This document shows positions 1 through 8,360 of a stretch of 64,000 nt of DNA, piece by piece. This stretch comes from an uncultured Clostridia bacterium (lineage in GTDB: Bacteria; Bacillota; Clostridia; UBA1381), in the NCBI GenBank assembly GCA_944393255.1, contig CALXZP010000014.1, positions 25,514 through 89,513 on the forward strand, in the 5' to 3' direction. The notes under the pieces are model-generated. The model saw only the letters and a list, made by a program, of their open reading frames with translations, ran no database searches and was not told the DNA's origin. The position numbers and the translations under genes are program-made. The first letter of the stretch is position 1; each line of letters starts with the position of its first letter.

Positions 1-854
1 GACCATACGGAAGAGGAGTCAGTTGTGGAATAGCTTGATGAAGCGCGTGCGGCGTTCTGTCTTGCGATAGCCTCGCGGCGCGCAGCTTCCTCCTTTTCCT
101 CCGCAACGCGGATGATCTCGGAATGGACTTCGTCCTTTTCCACCCATTCGCCGTCGTTCGTAAGACCGGTATTTATAACATAGCCTTCCTTATAATCGTC
201 GCCGTAAAGGATCTTTGTATAGTCTCCCTGATGGTCTACTATGGTAACTACATCGCCCTGCTCCACGGAATCTACGCTTTCCGCGTCGGTGCTGCCGGAG
301 GTGCGGACCGTAAGACCGCTGTCCGGAGTTACGCTTGCGAGCTTGTAATGGTCGTACTGCATAGCGGATTCGGTGGCTATGTCTTTATCAAGAGTGACCT
401 GTTCTTTTTTTACGTATCCCGCCGCTCCGTTTGCCGCGACTTTATACCAGCCCTCTGTGCTTTCCAGTATCTCAACCTGCTCTGCTCCGCTCATACTGCC
501 GAGCGCCGCGGCTTCGTCGTTCGGCTCAGCTTTGAGCTCCGCCGAGCCTATAACGTTTGCATATCCTAATGTGAGATAGCTTTTTTCAGCTATCGCCTGC
601 TCGGTTGCCTCATCGACCTCCGGCGCTGCTTCGGCAGCGGCGGCTTCTTCTTCGGTCGTTGTGAGAGCCAAAGCCGTTGTACCCGATTCATCCTCGGTAC
701 TTGCGATAGTTATGCTTGCGGTCTGGTTTGCAGTGCTAAGCTTCATATCGCGTTCAAGCTTTTCGGCAGATATATCCGACACCTGAAAAACGCTAAGCGT
801 ACCTACCATTACAATAGCTGCTAAAGCAATGATAGTGTGCTTCAAATTTCTCAT
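1..854 (-). CDS. Secreted or membrane-anchored protein with two SH3b-like domains, 3' end outside window (possible cell-wall hydrolase family)
   Basis: Own minus-strand translation. ATG at 854-852 is preceded by AGGAGG (864-869). N-terminus MRNLKHTIIALAAIVMVGTLSVF looks like a signal peptide or anchor. Two SH3b-like blocks (GWYKV..GYV and GDYTKI..GYV). The frame stays open to position 1, so the ORF track does not list it. Confidence 0.7.
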   Translation of the reverse strand, partial: MRNLKHTIIALAAIVMVGTLSVFQVSDISAEKLERDMKLSTANQTASITIASTEDESGTTALALTTTEEEAAAAEAAPEVDEATEQAIAEKSYLTLGYANVIGSAELKAEPNDEAAALGSMSGAEQVEILESTEGWYKVAANGAAGYVKKEQVTLDKDIATESAMQYDHYKLASVTPDSGLTVRTSGSTDAESVDSVEQGDVVTIVDHQGDYTKILYGDDYKEGYVINTGLTNDGEWVEKDEVHSEIIRVAEEKEEAARREAIARQNAARASSSYSTTDSSSVW

Positions 855-943
855 TATATAAAACCTCCTGAATTCATAAAACAAAGCAAACAAATTGCTT
901 GTTTGTTACTAACCTAACATTAGTATTACGAAAATTTCACTTA

Positions 944-960
944 TGTTACTGAATTGTTAC
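944..960. promoter_or_regulatory. WalR/YycF-type direct repeat TGTTAC-N5-TGTTAC
   Basis: tgttac tgaat tgttac exactly fits the published WalR consensus TGTWAH-N5-TGTWAH. It lies 7-23 nt downstream of the -10 of the minus-strand promoter at 967-995. Confidence 0.45.
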
Positions 961-966
961 AAACTG

Positions 967-995
967 ATTATACACCATAGCAGCTGTTTTGTCAA
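967..995 (-). promoter_or_regulatory. Sigma-A type promoter for the SH3b protein gene
   Basis: Minus strand reads TTGACA (995-990), a 17-nt spacer, then TATAAT (972-967) with an upstream TG. Confidence 0.6.
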
Positions 996-1261
996 CCGTT
1001 TTTTATAAAAAATCGAAACTTTTGTAACGATGGTGCAATACAAATGCAATAAAACGTAATATAGTTGTAACATTTGAAGAGAAAACAGCGCCTTTTATGC
1101 CAATATCAGGGAATTAAATAATAAAACAAACAGTTATGTTACAGTTATATTACAGACGGATCGCAAAAACAACGAAACAGTATTGGAAAGAATATATAAT
1201 ACGTGATATACCGAAAGCAGAGCATAAAGCGTATCAGGCAATGAACACAGAACTGTTTTAT

Positions 1262-1290
1262 TTGACTATTGTGCCCGGGTGTGGTATAAT
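1262..1290 (+). promoter_or_regulatory. Sigma-A type promoter for comEC
   Basis: TTGACT (1262-1267), a 17-nt spacer, then TATAAT (1285-1290) with extended TG. It lies inside the 5' part of the listed ORF 1136..3658, which argues for a downstream start. Confidence 0.6.
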
Positions 1291-1330
1291 TATACCTAAT
1301 ACAGCACAGTTTACGGAAGGGGGATGGCGC

Positions 1331-3658
1331 GTGGTCAAGCTTTCACCGGCAGCGCTTGCGGTATCGGCTGCGGCGGGAGTATATGTCTCGGCTGCGGCAG
1401 GGCTGCGTATCCCGGTCATTGCAGCTGCGGCGGCTCTTATTGTTATTGCCGTCATATCGTTCGTGAGACATAAGGTTCAGGGCGGGATGCTTGTACTGGC
1501 GGCGGTATTTGCCGCCGGGGCGGCGTCATGCGCGCTTCACTCCGGTTCGGTCATGCATAAGACGGTCAATTATATAGGAAGATACGTAACTGTGCGCGGT
1601 GTGATCCTTACTCAGGCGCAGGAGAGCGTCTACAGTGATAACTATAAATATACCGTAAGAGTATGCGAGCTGGATAAAAACGGGAGCGCGGAAAAACTGA
1701 CAGACAACATATTGCTTACGACTCCTGTTCTGTTCGGCAGCGGCGACAGTGTTATTCTGCACGGGATAATAAAGGATATGCCTTCGCAGATGAATGAAAA
1801 CGGATTTGATACTGCAAAATATTACCGGGCGCAGGGAATATTCACGAGGATGTATACGGATGAGGCGGAGACAGGAGGGAATGCGAAGGCGTTTTCGCCG
1901 CTGATACTTACTGGGAAATTCCGCGAAGCTATCGATAAGGTCATATATAAATATTACGCAGGAGACGGGGCCGCTGTTTTGTCTGCGGTGCTCACAGGAA
2001 ATACACATCATTTTTCTAAGGAGTTTAACGATACATTATCCGCAACGGCGTTTAAAAGGCTGTACCATCCGGCATATCTTCATATATTTATAATATCGTC
2101 GCTTGTAGGTATGCTTTCCGGGCTGATACCGAGGCGCGGCAGAGACGCGGCGGCGGCCGGTATACTTATGGTATACGTACTGTTCAGCTGCTCCGGAGTG
2201 GGTTTTGTGAGATGTCTGCTGACCGGTGCGCTCACTATGCTGCTGCGCGCGAAAAACGGCAGCGTATATTATCCGGATGTTCTTGGGCGGCTCACAGCGG
2301 TATGCGCCCTGCTCATGCCGCTTATGCTTTTTGACGCAGGATTTATAATGTCGGTCAGCGCGGGGATACTGATATGGGCCTTTATGCCGCATCTGTCCGG
2401 CAGACTGGACTTCCTGCCGCGTCCGGTGCGTCGCACTGCGTCGGTCATGATAATATGCTCACTGTTCCAGCTGCCGCTGACGGCTTATTACTTCAGCGGG
2501 ATATGTATATATGCTCTGGTGGCTCCGTTTATAATGGGCCCGCTCGTTCTTATCACGCTTGCAGCCGCTCCGGTAACGCTGCTTGTTCTCAGTATAGCTG
2601 ACGGCGCGTTCATCCTTAAGGCTTATCTTGATATGCTGCTGTGGGCGATGATACGGCTGCCTCAGCTTGCGGAAGCGCTGCCTTTTTCAAATATCATTAT
2701 CCCTGTTCCGTCTCCGTCTGTGCTGGCTGCCTGCGGAGCGGCAGCTGCGGCGATATATTATTATGTAAATAAGCGGGGCAGGAGAGCGGCGTATGCATTT
2801 TCGGCGGCGGCCGGTCTTGCGGCTTCGGCGGCGGCAGTTTCGCTGTCAAGGCTCGGAACGACCGATTTTACATTTGTAAATGTGGGACAGGGCGACGGCG
2901 CCGTTATACATACGTATCTGGGTGAGACGATACTTATCGACGGAGGCGGAGGAAACAGCTATTCTTCTTATGATCCGGGCGAAGCTGTATTTGTGCCGTA
3001 TCTTGAATCTAAGGGCTATGTTAATATTGATGCGGCGTTCGTTTCACATTACCACAAGGATCATGTACAGGGTATAATCGCCGCAGTGAAAGCGCTTAGG
3101 GTGAATACTGTGTTTGTACCGCCGTATTCCTCGTGTACCGACGACAGTATGAGGCTGCTGGCAGGCGAGCTGAGAGCCGCGGCGGAGGAGAACGGTACGG
3201 AGGTGTATGAGCTCAGCGAGGATAAGCGCATCAGTTTCAGAGGCGGAGCGGTCCTGAGTGTATATGTGCCTGACGATACGCTGCGGATAAGCGACGACGG
3301 CAACGACACCTCTCTGCTGATAAAGGCGGAATACGGAAGCGTTTCATGCCTGTATACAGGCGACATGACGAGCTTTGCCGAAAAATGCAGACTTGAGGCG
3401 GGGACAGATGTTGAAGCCGATATATTAAAGACCGCGCATCACGGCTCGAACGGCTCCTCACGCACGGAATTCATATCTGCCGTTTCGCCGCAATACTCGG
3501 TGATCAGCTGCGGCGAGGATAATTCGTACGGACACCCGGGCAGAGATACCCTAGAGAGGCTTTCAGGAACGAAAGTGTTGAGGACCGATCTGAACGGTAC
3601 TGTAACGATAACCGCGTCTGAGGACGAAATAAAAGAGGTATACGCTCTCAGGCGGTAG
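1331..3658 (+). CDS. comEC: DNA internalization-related competence protein ComEC/Rec2 (polytopic membrane region plus C-terminal metallo-beta-lactamase domain)
   Basis: Many TM helices followed by an MBL-fold region (HYHKDHVQG, TGD, HHGS). In-frame GTG at 1331 has a GAAGGGGG Shine-Dalgarno (SD) sequence upstream and sits downstream of the consensus promoter. The ORF track starts at 1136. Confidence 0.85.
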   Translation: MVKLSPAALAVSAAAGVYVSAAAGLRIPVIAAAAALIVIAVISFVRHKVQGGMLVLAAVFAAGAASCALHSGSVMHKTVNYIGRYVTVRGVILTQAQESVYSDNYKYTVRVCELDKNGSAEKLTDNILLTTPVLFGSGDSVILHGIIKDMPSQMNENGFDTAKYYRAQGIFTRMYTDEAETGGNAKAFSPLILTGKFREAIDKVIYKYYAGDGAAVLSAVLTGNTHHFSKEFNDTLSATAFKRLYHPAYLHIFIISSLVGMLSGLIPRRGRDAAAAGILMVYVLFSCSGVGFVRCLLTGALTMLLRAKNGSVYYPDVLGRLTAVCALLMPLMLFDAGFIMSVSAGILIWAFMPHLSGRLDFLPRPVRRTASVMIICSLFQLPLTAYYFSGICIYALVAPFIMGPLVLITLAAAPVTLLVLSIADGAFILKAYLDMLLWAMIRLPQLAEALPFSNIIIPVPSPSVLAACGAAAAAIYYYVNKRGRRAAYAFSAAAGLAASAAAVSLSRLGTTDFTFVNVGQGDGAVIHTYLGETILIDGGGGNSYSSYDPGEAVFVPYLESKGYVNIDAAFVSHYHKDHVQGIIAAVKALRVNTVFVPPYSSCTDDSMRLLAGELRAAAEENGTEVYELSEDKRISFRGGAVLSVYVPDDTLRISDDGNDTSLLIKAEYGSVSCLYTGDMTSFAEKCRLEAGTDVEADILKTAHHGSNGSSRTEFISAVSPQYSVISCGEDNSYGHPGRDTLERLSGTKVLRTDLNGTVTITASEDEIKEVYALRR

Positions 3659-3684
3659 AAACGGATCATACGGAGGGAACACAT

Positions 3685-4728
3685 ATGGCAAAGGCTGCAA
3701 AAAAGAATATGGTCTCCGAGCTTAAGGCGGGAATAAAGGAGAACAGGCTTAAAAACATATATGTATTCTACGGGGAAGAGGAATATCTGAAGGAATATTA
3801 TATAAAAAAAATAGAAGAGCTCATCCCGGACGCCGGACTGCCGGAATACAACAGGATAATCATCTCCGGACGCGCCGATTACAGCGCTTATGAGGACGCA
3901 TGGGAGGCCATGCCTATGATGACGGATAAGAGGCTGATAATAATACGCGACAGCAACATATTCACGCTTAAACGCTCCGGTGACATAAAGCCGCCGGATG
4001 AGCAGCAGAAGGAGTTCTGGCAGAGTAAGTTCAAGCGCATAGCCGAGGATACGGTGGTCATATTCTGCGAAAAGAATGTTGACGCTCGAAGCACGCTGTT
4101 CAAGGCTGCCGCCAAGGCGGGGATGGCTGTGAATTTTGAGTATATGCCCTTGCCGGATCTGCGGGCATGGATAGTCAAAAAGGCCATGAAGGCAGGAAAA
4201 AAGATAGACGCCGCAGCGGCGGAATATCTTGTGTCTGTCATCGACCCCGGTCTTTCCAATCTTGATCATGAGCTTACTAAGCTCATAAATTACTGCGGCA
4301 GCGTCATATACAGATCCGATATCGACAAGGTGACGTCGAAGGCGCTGAGCGTGCGTATATTTGACCTTACGGACGGGATAAGGAACGGCGACGCCAATAA
4401 GGCGTTCGGTGTGCTTTCGGAGCTGAGAACGCAGAAGCAGAGCGCGTTTTCCGTCTTGTATCTGATATATGCCAATGCGGAGAAAATGCTCCATTTAAAG
4501 CTGGCGGGTGTGTCTGCGCGCAAGGATGCGGCCGATATACTCGGCGGCTCGCCTTGGGCGGCGGCAAAGTATCTGGAGGACGCCGCCGGATTTTCAAAGG
4601 AAGCGCTTATCAGGATGGTAACGCGGATACCGGAGATAGATTATGAGATAAAAAGCGGCAGGGTAGCAGAATGGCAGGCGCTTGAAACATATGTTCTTGA
4701 AGCACTTGAACAGAGGCAGAGGCATTGA
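3685..4728 (+). CDS. holA: DNA polymerase III delta subunit
   Basis: 347 aa. Sits directly after comEC, the classic comEC-holA order. N-terminal clamp-loader delta-like sequence (YVFYGEEEYL). Confidence 0.8.
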   Translation: MAKAAKKNMVSELKAGIKENRLKNIYVFYGEEEYLKEYYIKKIEELIPDAGLPEYNRIIISGRADYSAYEDAWEAMPMMTDKRLIIIRDSNIFTLKRSGDIKPPDEQQKEFWQSKFKRIAEDTVVIFCEKNVDARSTLFKAAAKAGMAVNFEYMPLPDLRAWIVKKAMKAGKKIDAAAAEYLVSVIDPGLSNLDHELTKLINYCGSVIYRSDIDKVTSKALSVRIFDLTDGIRNGDANKAFGVLSELRTQKQSAFSVLYLIYANAEKMLHLKLAGVSARKDAADILGGSPWAAAKYLEDAAGFSKEALIRMVTRIPEIDYEIKSGRVAEWQALETYVLEALEQRQRH

Positions 4729-4739
4729 GGAGTGATAGT

Positions 4740-5402
4740 ATGGGCAGACTTGAAAAGGTCATATTTGATATGGACGGTCTGATATTTGACACGGAACGGC
4801 TTTTTATGGATGAGCAGATGAAGGCGGTGCGCGAATACGGCTTCGAGCTTACGCAAAGTATGTACGTACAGACGCTCGGGCTTACCGGCGCAGCGCTCTC
4901 GGATAAGCTCCTAAGCCTGTTCGGTGCGGGATATCCGGAAAGAGAGGTAACGCGGCGCGTAAGGTCGAGGATAGATGAGATAGCCGTTACGGACGGGCTG
5001 CCGGTGAAGCGCGGTATAAGGGAGCTGCTTTTATTTCTGCGGGAGAAGGGGATAGCATGCGCGGTGGCGTCATCAACGCATACGCCGTATGTGCGCCGTT
5101 ATCTCAGCTCGGCACGGCTGGACGGTTTTTTCACCGATGTGATAGGCGGCGAGCAGGCGGAAAATTCAAAGCCCGCACCGGATATTTTCATAAAGGCGGC
5201 GGGAGAGACGGATAAAAAATGCACGCTTGTTCTTGAGGACAGCGAAAACGGTATAAGAGCCGCGGCTGCGGCCGGGATACCGGTCATATGCATACCGGAT
5301 ATGCTGCGTCCGTGCAAAAGCGTTGAGGCGCTTGCGGAATATACCGTGTCAGACGCATTGGAGGTCATTGAGATCGTGAGGGATATATATGAGAATACTT
5401 GA
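4740..5402 (+). CDS. HAD-superfamily hydrolase (beta-phosphoglucomutase-like phosphatase)
   Basis: DMDGLIFDTE motif I and C-terminal LEDSENG motif. ATG 4740 has a GAGGAG SD sequence. Confidence 0.8.
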   Translation: MGRLEKVIFDMDGLIFDTERLFMDEQMKAVREYGFELTQSMYVQTLGLTGAALSDKLLSLFGAGYPEREVTRRVRSRIDEIAVTDGLPVKRGIRELLLFLREKGIACAVASSTHTPYVRRYLSSARLDGFFTDVIGGEQAENSKPAPDIFIKAAGETDKKCTLVLEDSENGIRAAAAAGIPVICIPDMLRPCKSVEALAEYTVSDALEVIEIVRDIYENT

Positions 5403-6837
5403 AGGACTTGAACCGGCGGCAGTAATGAAATATTTTGAGGAGCTCTGCGCGATACCGCACGGATCCGGGAATACCGGCAGGATAGCCGATTACTGCGAAC
5501 GCTTCGCGGAGGAGCATTCTCTGGAATGCATAAGGGATGAACATAACAATATAATCATAAAGAAGCCGAAAAGCGCCGGCAGTGTCAGCGGTGAGACGGT
5601 CATAATACAGGGTCATCTCGATATGGTCTGCGCAAAGACTGCGGACTGCGATATAGATCTTGAAAACGAAGGGCTTAGACTGAGAACAGACGGCGAAACT
5701 GTATGGGCGGAGGGTACAACACTCGGCGGCGACGATGCGGTCGCGGTGGCGATGGCTCTTGCCGTGCTTGATTCGGAGGAGCTGGTACATCCGGAGCTCG
5801 AATGTCTGTTCACATCTGATGAGGAAATAGGGATGCTCGGCGCGGCTGCGCTTGACGCGGACTTGCTCAAGGGCAGGCTCCTGCTGAATATAGATTCTGA
5901 GGAGGAGGGCGTATTTACCGTGAGCTGTGCCGGAGGAGCGGCTGTAGAGGGACTTCTGCCGATAACGCGGTGCAGCGCTGACAGGGCGGCTTCGGGAAAG
6001 AAGTACAGGATAACCGTATCCGGTCTTTCGGGCGGACACAGCGGCACAGAGATCGACAAGGGCAGGGAGAATGCATGCATAATGCTCGGGCGGCTGCTTT
6101 CCGAGCTTGACGCGCGGATAGGTTATGAGCTGGTCTCAATAGACGGCGGAGAAAAAGACAATGCGATACCGCGCTCTGCGGAAGCGGTCGTTGAGGCGGA
6201 CGCCCAGTCCGGCTTTGAGCAGGCTCTGGAGGAGCTTGAAGAGGAGTATATGATGCGCTTCGGGCTTACTGAGACGGGCTTGAAGATAGGATACGAGGAA
6301 TGCCTGGAAGAGCGGGAGCCTATGTACGCGTCATCCAAGACTGCCGTTCTGAATATGCTTGCGGGTATGCCGAACGGTGTGCAGAGCATGAGCGCAGAGA
6401 TAAAAGACCTGGTGCAGACCTCGTGCAATATGGGTATCGTGAAAACAGGCGATACCGGTATAAGCTTGACGGTATCTGTCAGAAGCGCGTCCGATACGGA
6501 AAAGCGTTCGTTGATAGACAGCATAGGGCTTTCGATAACCGGTTCGGGAGGCAGCTTTTCGGTGTCGGGCGAATACCCGGCATGGGAGTTTAAAAAGGAC
6601 TCTAAGCTGCGTGAGCTGGCTTCGGCGGCGTATGTGAAGCAATACGGAGCCGAGCCGGAGTTGAGCGCGATCCATGCCGGGCTGGAATGCGGGATATTCT
6701 GCGGAAAGCTGCCCGGTCTGGACTGTATCTCGTTCGGACCGAATATATATGATATACACACCCCTGCCGAGCGTCTGGATATCGGAAGCACAGCGCGCGT
6801 CTACAGCTTTTTGACGGAGCTTTTGGGTATGATATGA
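5389..6837 (+). CDS. pepD: Aminoacyl-histidine dipeptidase (M20C, PepD-like)
   Basis: 482 aa. IIQGHLDMV, FTSDEEIGMLGA and GGHSG motifs are typical of PepD. Confidence 0.85.
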   Translation: MRILEGLEPAAVMKYFEELCAIPHGSGNTGRIADYCERFAEEHSLECIRDEHNNIIIKKPKSAGSVSGETVIIQGHLDMVCAKTADCDIDLENEGLRLRTDGETVWAEGTTLGGDDAVAVAMALAVLDSEELVHPELECLFTSDEEIGMLGAAALDADLLKGRLLLNIDSEEEGVFTVSCAGGAAVEGLLPITRCSADRAASGKKYRITVSGLSGGHSGTEIDKGRENACIMLGRLLSELDARIGYELVSIDGGEKDNAIPRSAEAVVEADAQSGFEQALEELEEEYMMRFGLTETGLKIGYEECLEEREPMYASSKTAVLNMLAGMPNGVQSMSAEIKDLVQTSCNMGIVKTGDTGISLTVSVRSASDTEKRSLIDSIGLSITGSGGSFSVSGEYPAWEFKKDSKLRELASAAYVKQYGAEPELSAIHAGLECGIFCGKLPGLDCISFGPNIYDIHTPAERLDIGSTARVYSFLTELLGMI

Positions 6838-6838
6838 G

Positions 6839-7462
6839 GTGATCGGATTGACGGGTATAAAGATATGCGGACTTATGAGCAGGCAGGACGCGGAGTATGT
6901 AAATGAATTTGATATAAGCTTTGCGGGCGTGGTGATGTTTTATCCAAAGAGCCGCAGGAGCACAGAGCCGCAGCGCGCGTCGGAGATCGTCAGAGCGCTG
7001 CGCGGAGGCATATGCCCCGTGGCCGTTATGGTCGAACCGGACTTAGAGCAGATAGCGGAGGCGGCGCGGTGCGGGTTTGAATATGTACAGCTGCACGGCA
7101 GTATATCGTCGGAGCTGATCGAAGCTTCGCCTTTGCCGGTCTTTAAGGCGTTCAATGTACATGATATGGACGAATACGAGCGCTATGCCGTATGCCGGAA
7201 TGTTGCCGGATATGTCTTTGACGCGGCGGAGCCGGGCAGCGGGAAAACCTTCGACTGGTCGGCCGTAAAGGCTCTGCCCCGGTGCGAAAGGCTTATGATA
7301 CTTGCCGGAGGGCTGACGGCGGAAAATGCCGCTTCTGCGGTGCGGTATCTCAAGCCGGACGTTGTGGATGTGAGTTCGGGCGTGGAGAATGATGAAAAAA
7401 CAGGAAAATCAAAAGAGAGGATACGGGCTTTTGTCAATGCCGTGCGTAAGGCGGAGCTGTAA
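6839..7462 (+). CDS. trpF: Phosphoribosylanthranilate isomerase
   Basis: IKICG, VQLHG, GSGKTFDW, LAGGL and VDVSSGVE motifs. The start could be TTG 6848 instead of GTG 6839. Confidence 0.85.
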   Translation: MIGLTGIKICGLMSRQDAEYVNEFDISFAGVVMFYPKSRRSTEPQRASEIVRALRGGICPVAVMVEPDLEQIAEAARCGFEYVQLHGSISSELIEASPLPVFKAFNVHDMDEYERYAVCRNVAGYVFDAAEPGSGKTFDWSAVKALPRCERLMILAGGLTAENAASAVRYLKPDVVDVSSGVENDEKTGKSKERIRAFVNAVRKAEL

Positions 7463-7507
7463 ATTTTTTTAGGATTAAAGTTGCAATCCTGAGTGAAGTA
7501 TGTTATA

Positions 7508-7713
7508 ATAAACACATCAATGGAAGCAAAGCCGATAATCGGCTTTGCCTCGGAATGTGTTTATTGCGACGGAGTGAAGCAATGCTAAACGCATTGCACC
7601 TATGTCATAAATAAACACATCAATGGAAGCAAAGCCGATAATCGGCTTTGCCTCGGGATGTGTTTATTGCGACGGAGAGAAGCAATGCCGTGCGCATTGC
7701 CCCTGTATCAACG
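7508..7713 (+). repeat. Tandem duplication of a 103-bp element. Each copy has a nested long hairpin plus a second hairpin (candidate structured RNA or regulatory element)
   Basis: Unit 1 is 7508-7610 and unit 2 is 7611-7713. In unit 1, aaacacat (7510-7517) pairs with atgtgttt (7555-7562) and encloses the perfect palindrome gcaaagccgataatcggctttgc (7526-7548). A second hairpin follows: gcaatgc-N5-gcattgc (7579-7597). All stems are identical between copies. The second hairpin's loop differs at 4 of 5 positions. Confidence 0.8.
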
Positions 7714-7744
7714 ATAAATACATCGGTATAAAAATGAAAGGAGC

Positions 7745-8044
7745 TTGGAGATGGCAGCAAAAAAGAAAAAGCTTGCTGTGTATAACGGCAAACCCATTGT
7801 GCGGTGCGGAAACAGGATATATTACGGCAATTTCGAGGATAAGCTTATATTGGTACTGGATATTATTGAAACGAAAAAGGTCAAGGATCTTGACGTGGCG
7901 TCGCAGGTGCTTATACAGGTAATGGATAACACCGGCGAATTCGGGAAAGGACAGGTTTTCAGAAAGGCAAAGCGCGATAATCTGTATAAAGCGCTGGATC
8001 TGGGCGAATGGTGGCTCAAGGACGCGCTCAAGCAGCTGTCGTAA
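7745..8044 (+). CDS. Hypothetical small protein (99 aa)
   Basis: AAAGGAG SD sequence before the ATG, and a strong terminator follows. I recognise no family. Confidence 0.6.
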   Translation: MEMAAKKKKLAVYNGKPIVRCGNRIYYGNFEDKLILVLDIIETKKVKDLDVASQVLIQVMDNTGEFGKGQVFRKAKRDNLYKALDLGEWWLKDALKQLS

Positions 8045-8058
8045 AACAGTCGGACTGA

Positions 8059-8100
8059 TAAAGGGCTTTGAAAAACCGCCGGTTTTTCAAAGCCCTTTAT
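8059..8100. terminator. Bidirectional intrinsic terminator between convergent genes
   Basis: ataaagggctttgaaaaac / gtttttcaaagccctttat forms a long, near-perfect hairpin. Confidence 0.8.
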
Positions 8101-8114
8101 ATTATCCGTGTTTA

Positions 8115-8360
8115 TCAGCTTGCCGAGAGAATAACAAGAACAAGCGTTGTTATGAGAAACAGTATAGATACTGTAGCGGTAAGCTTTACCTGCATTTTTT
8201 CCTTTGTAGTACCGCCGGCTCTCTTAAAGAACGAGTCGCCCATGTCCGACGATGCGCCCTGGATACCTCTCATACCGGGATCCTTGCCCTCCTGCGCAAG
8301 AACTATGAATACGAGCAGAAGACATACAACGATATGGAGAACTATGAATAACGTGTTCAA
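8115..8360 (-). CDS. secG: Preprotein translocase subunit SecG
   Basis: 81-aa product from TTG 8360, with an AAAGGAGG SD sequence upstream. Two TM helices flank the QEGKDPG..GAS loop typical of SecG. The listed 114-aa ORF is over-extended. Confidence 0.85.
   Translation of the reverse strand: MNTLFIVLHIVVCLLLVFIVLAQEGKDPGMRGIQGASSDMGDSFFKRAGGTTKEKMQVKLTATVSILFLITTLVLVILSAS

Noticed and set aside
1136-1330. N-terminal 65 codons of the listed ComEC ORF.
   Set aside because: A consensus TTGACT-17-TATAAT promoter (1262-1290) lies inside this stretch. An in-frame GTG with a good SD sequence follows at 1331. The extra residues are non-hydrophobic and AT-rich, so this is intergenic read-through of the frame.
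3439-4494. Long antisense ORFs opposite clear genes: 3439..4494, 5365..6039, 6123..6791, 26805..27755, 33222..33944, 42760..43686, 59520..60371 and 62233..63048.
   Set aside because: Each lies fully inside a confidently identified gene on the other strand. They lack Shine-Dalgarno sequences and give low-complexity or Arg/Ser-rich translations with no recognisable motifs. This is typical shadow-ORF behaviour in moderately GC-rich coding DNA.
7521-7589. Cys-rich peptide ORFs inside the tandem repeat (MEAKPIIGFASECVYCDGVKQC* in unit 1; unit 2 opens the listed ORF 7623..7922), considered as RiPP-like precursor peptides.
   Set aside because: No Shine-Dalgarno sequence precedes either ATG. The coding sequence is essentially a palindrome, meaning it is the hairpin itself. 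The unit-2 version runs into and overlaps the better-supported 7745 ORF in another frame. No modification enzymes are nearby.
7508-7713. CRISPR array.
   Set aside because: There are only two copies of a 103-bp unit, directly abutting with no spacers, and no cas genes anywhere in the window.
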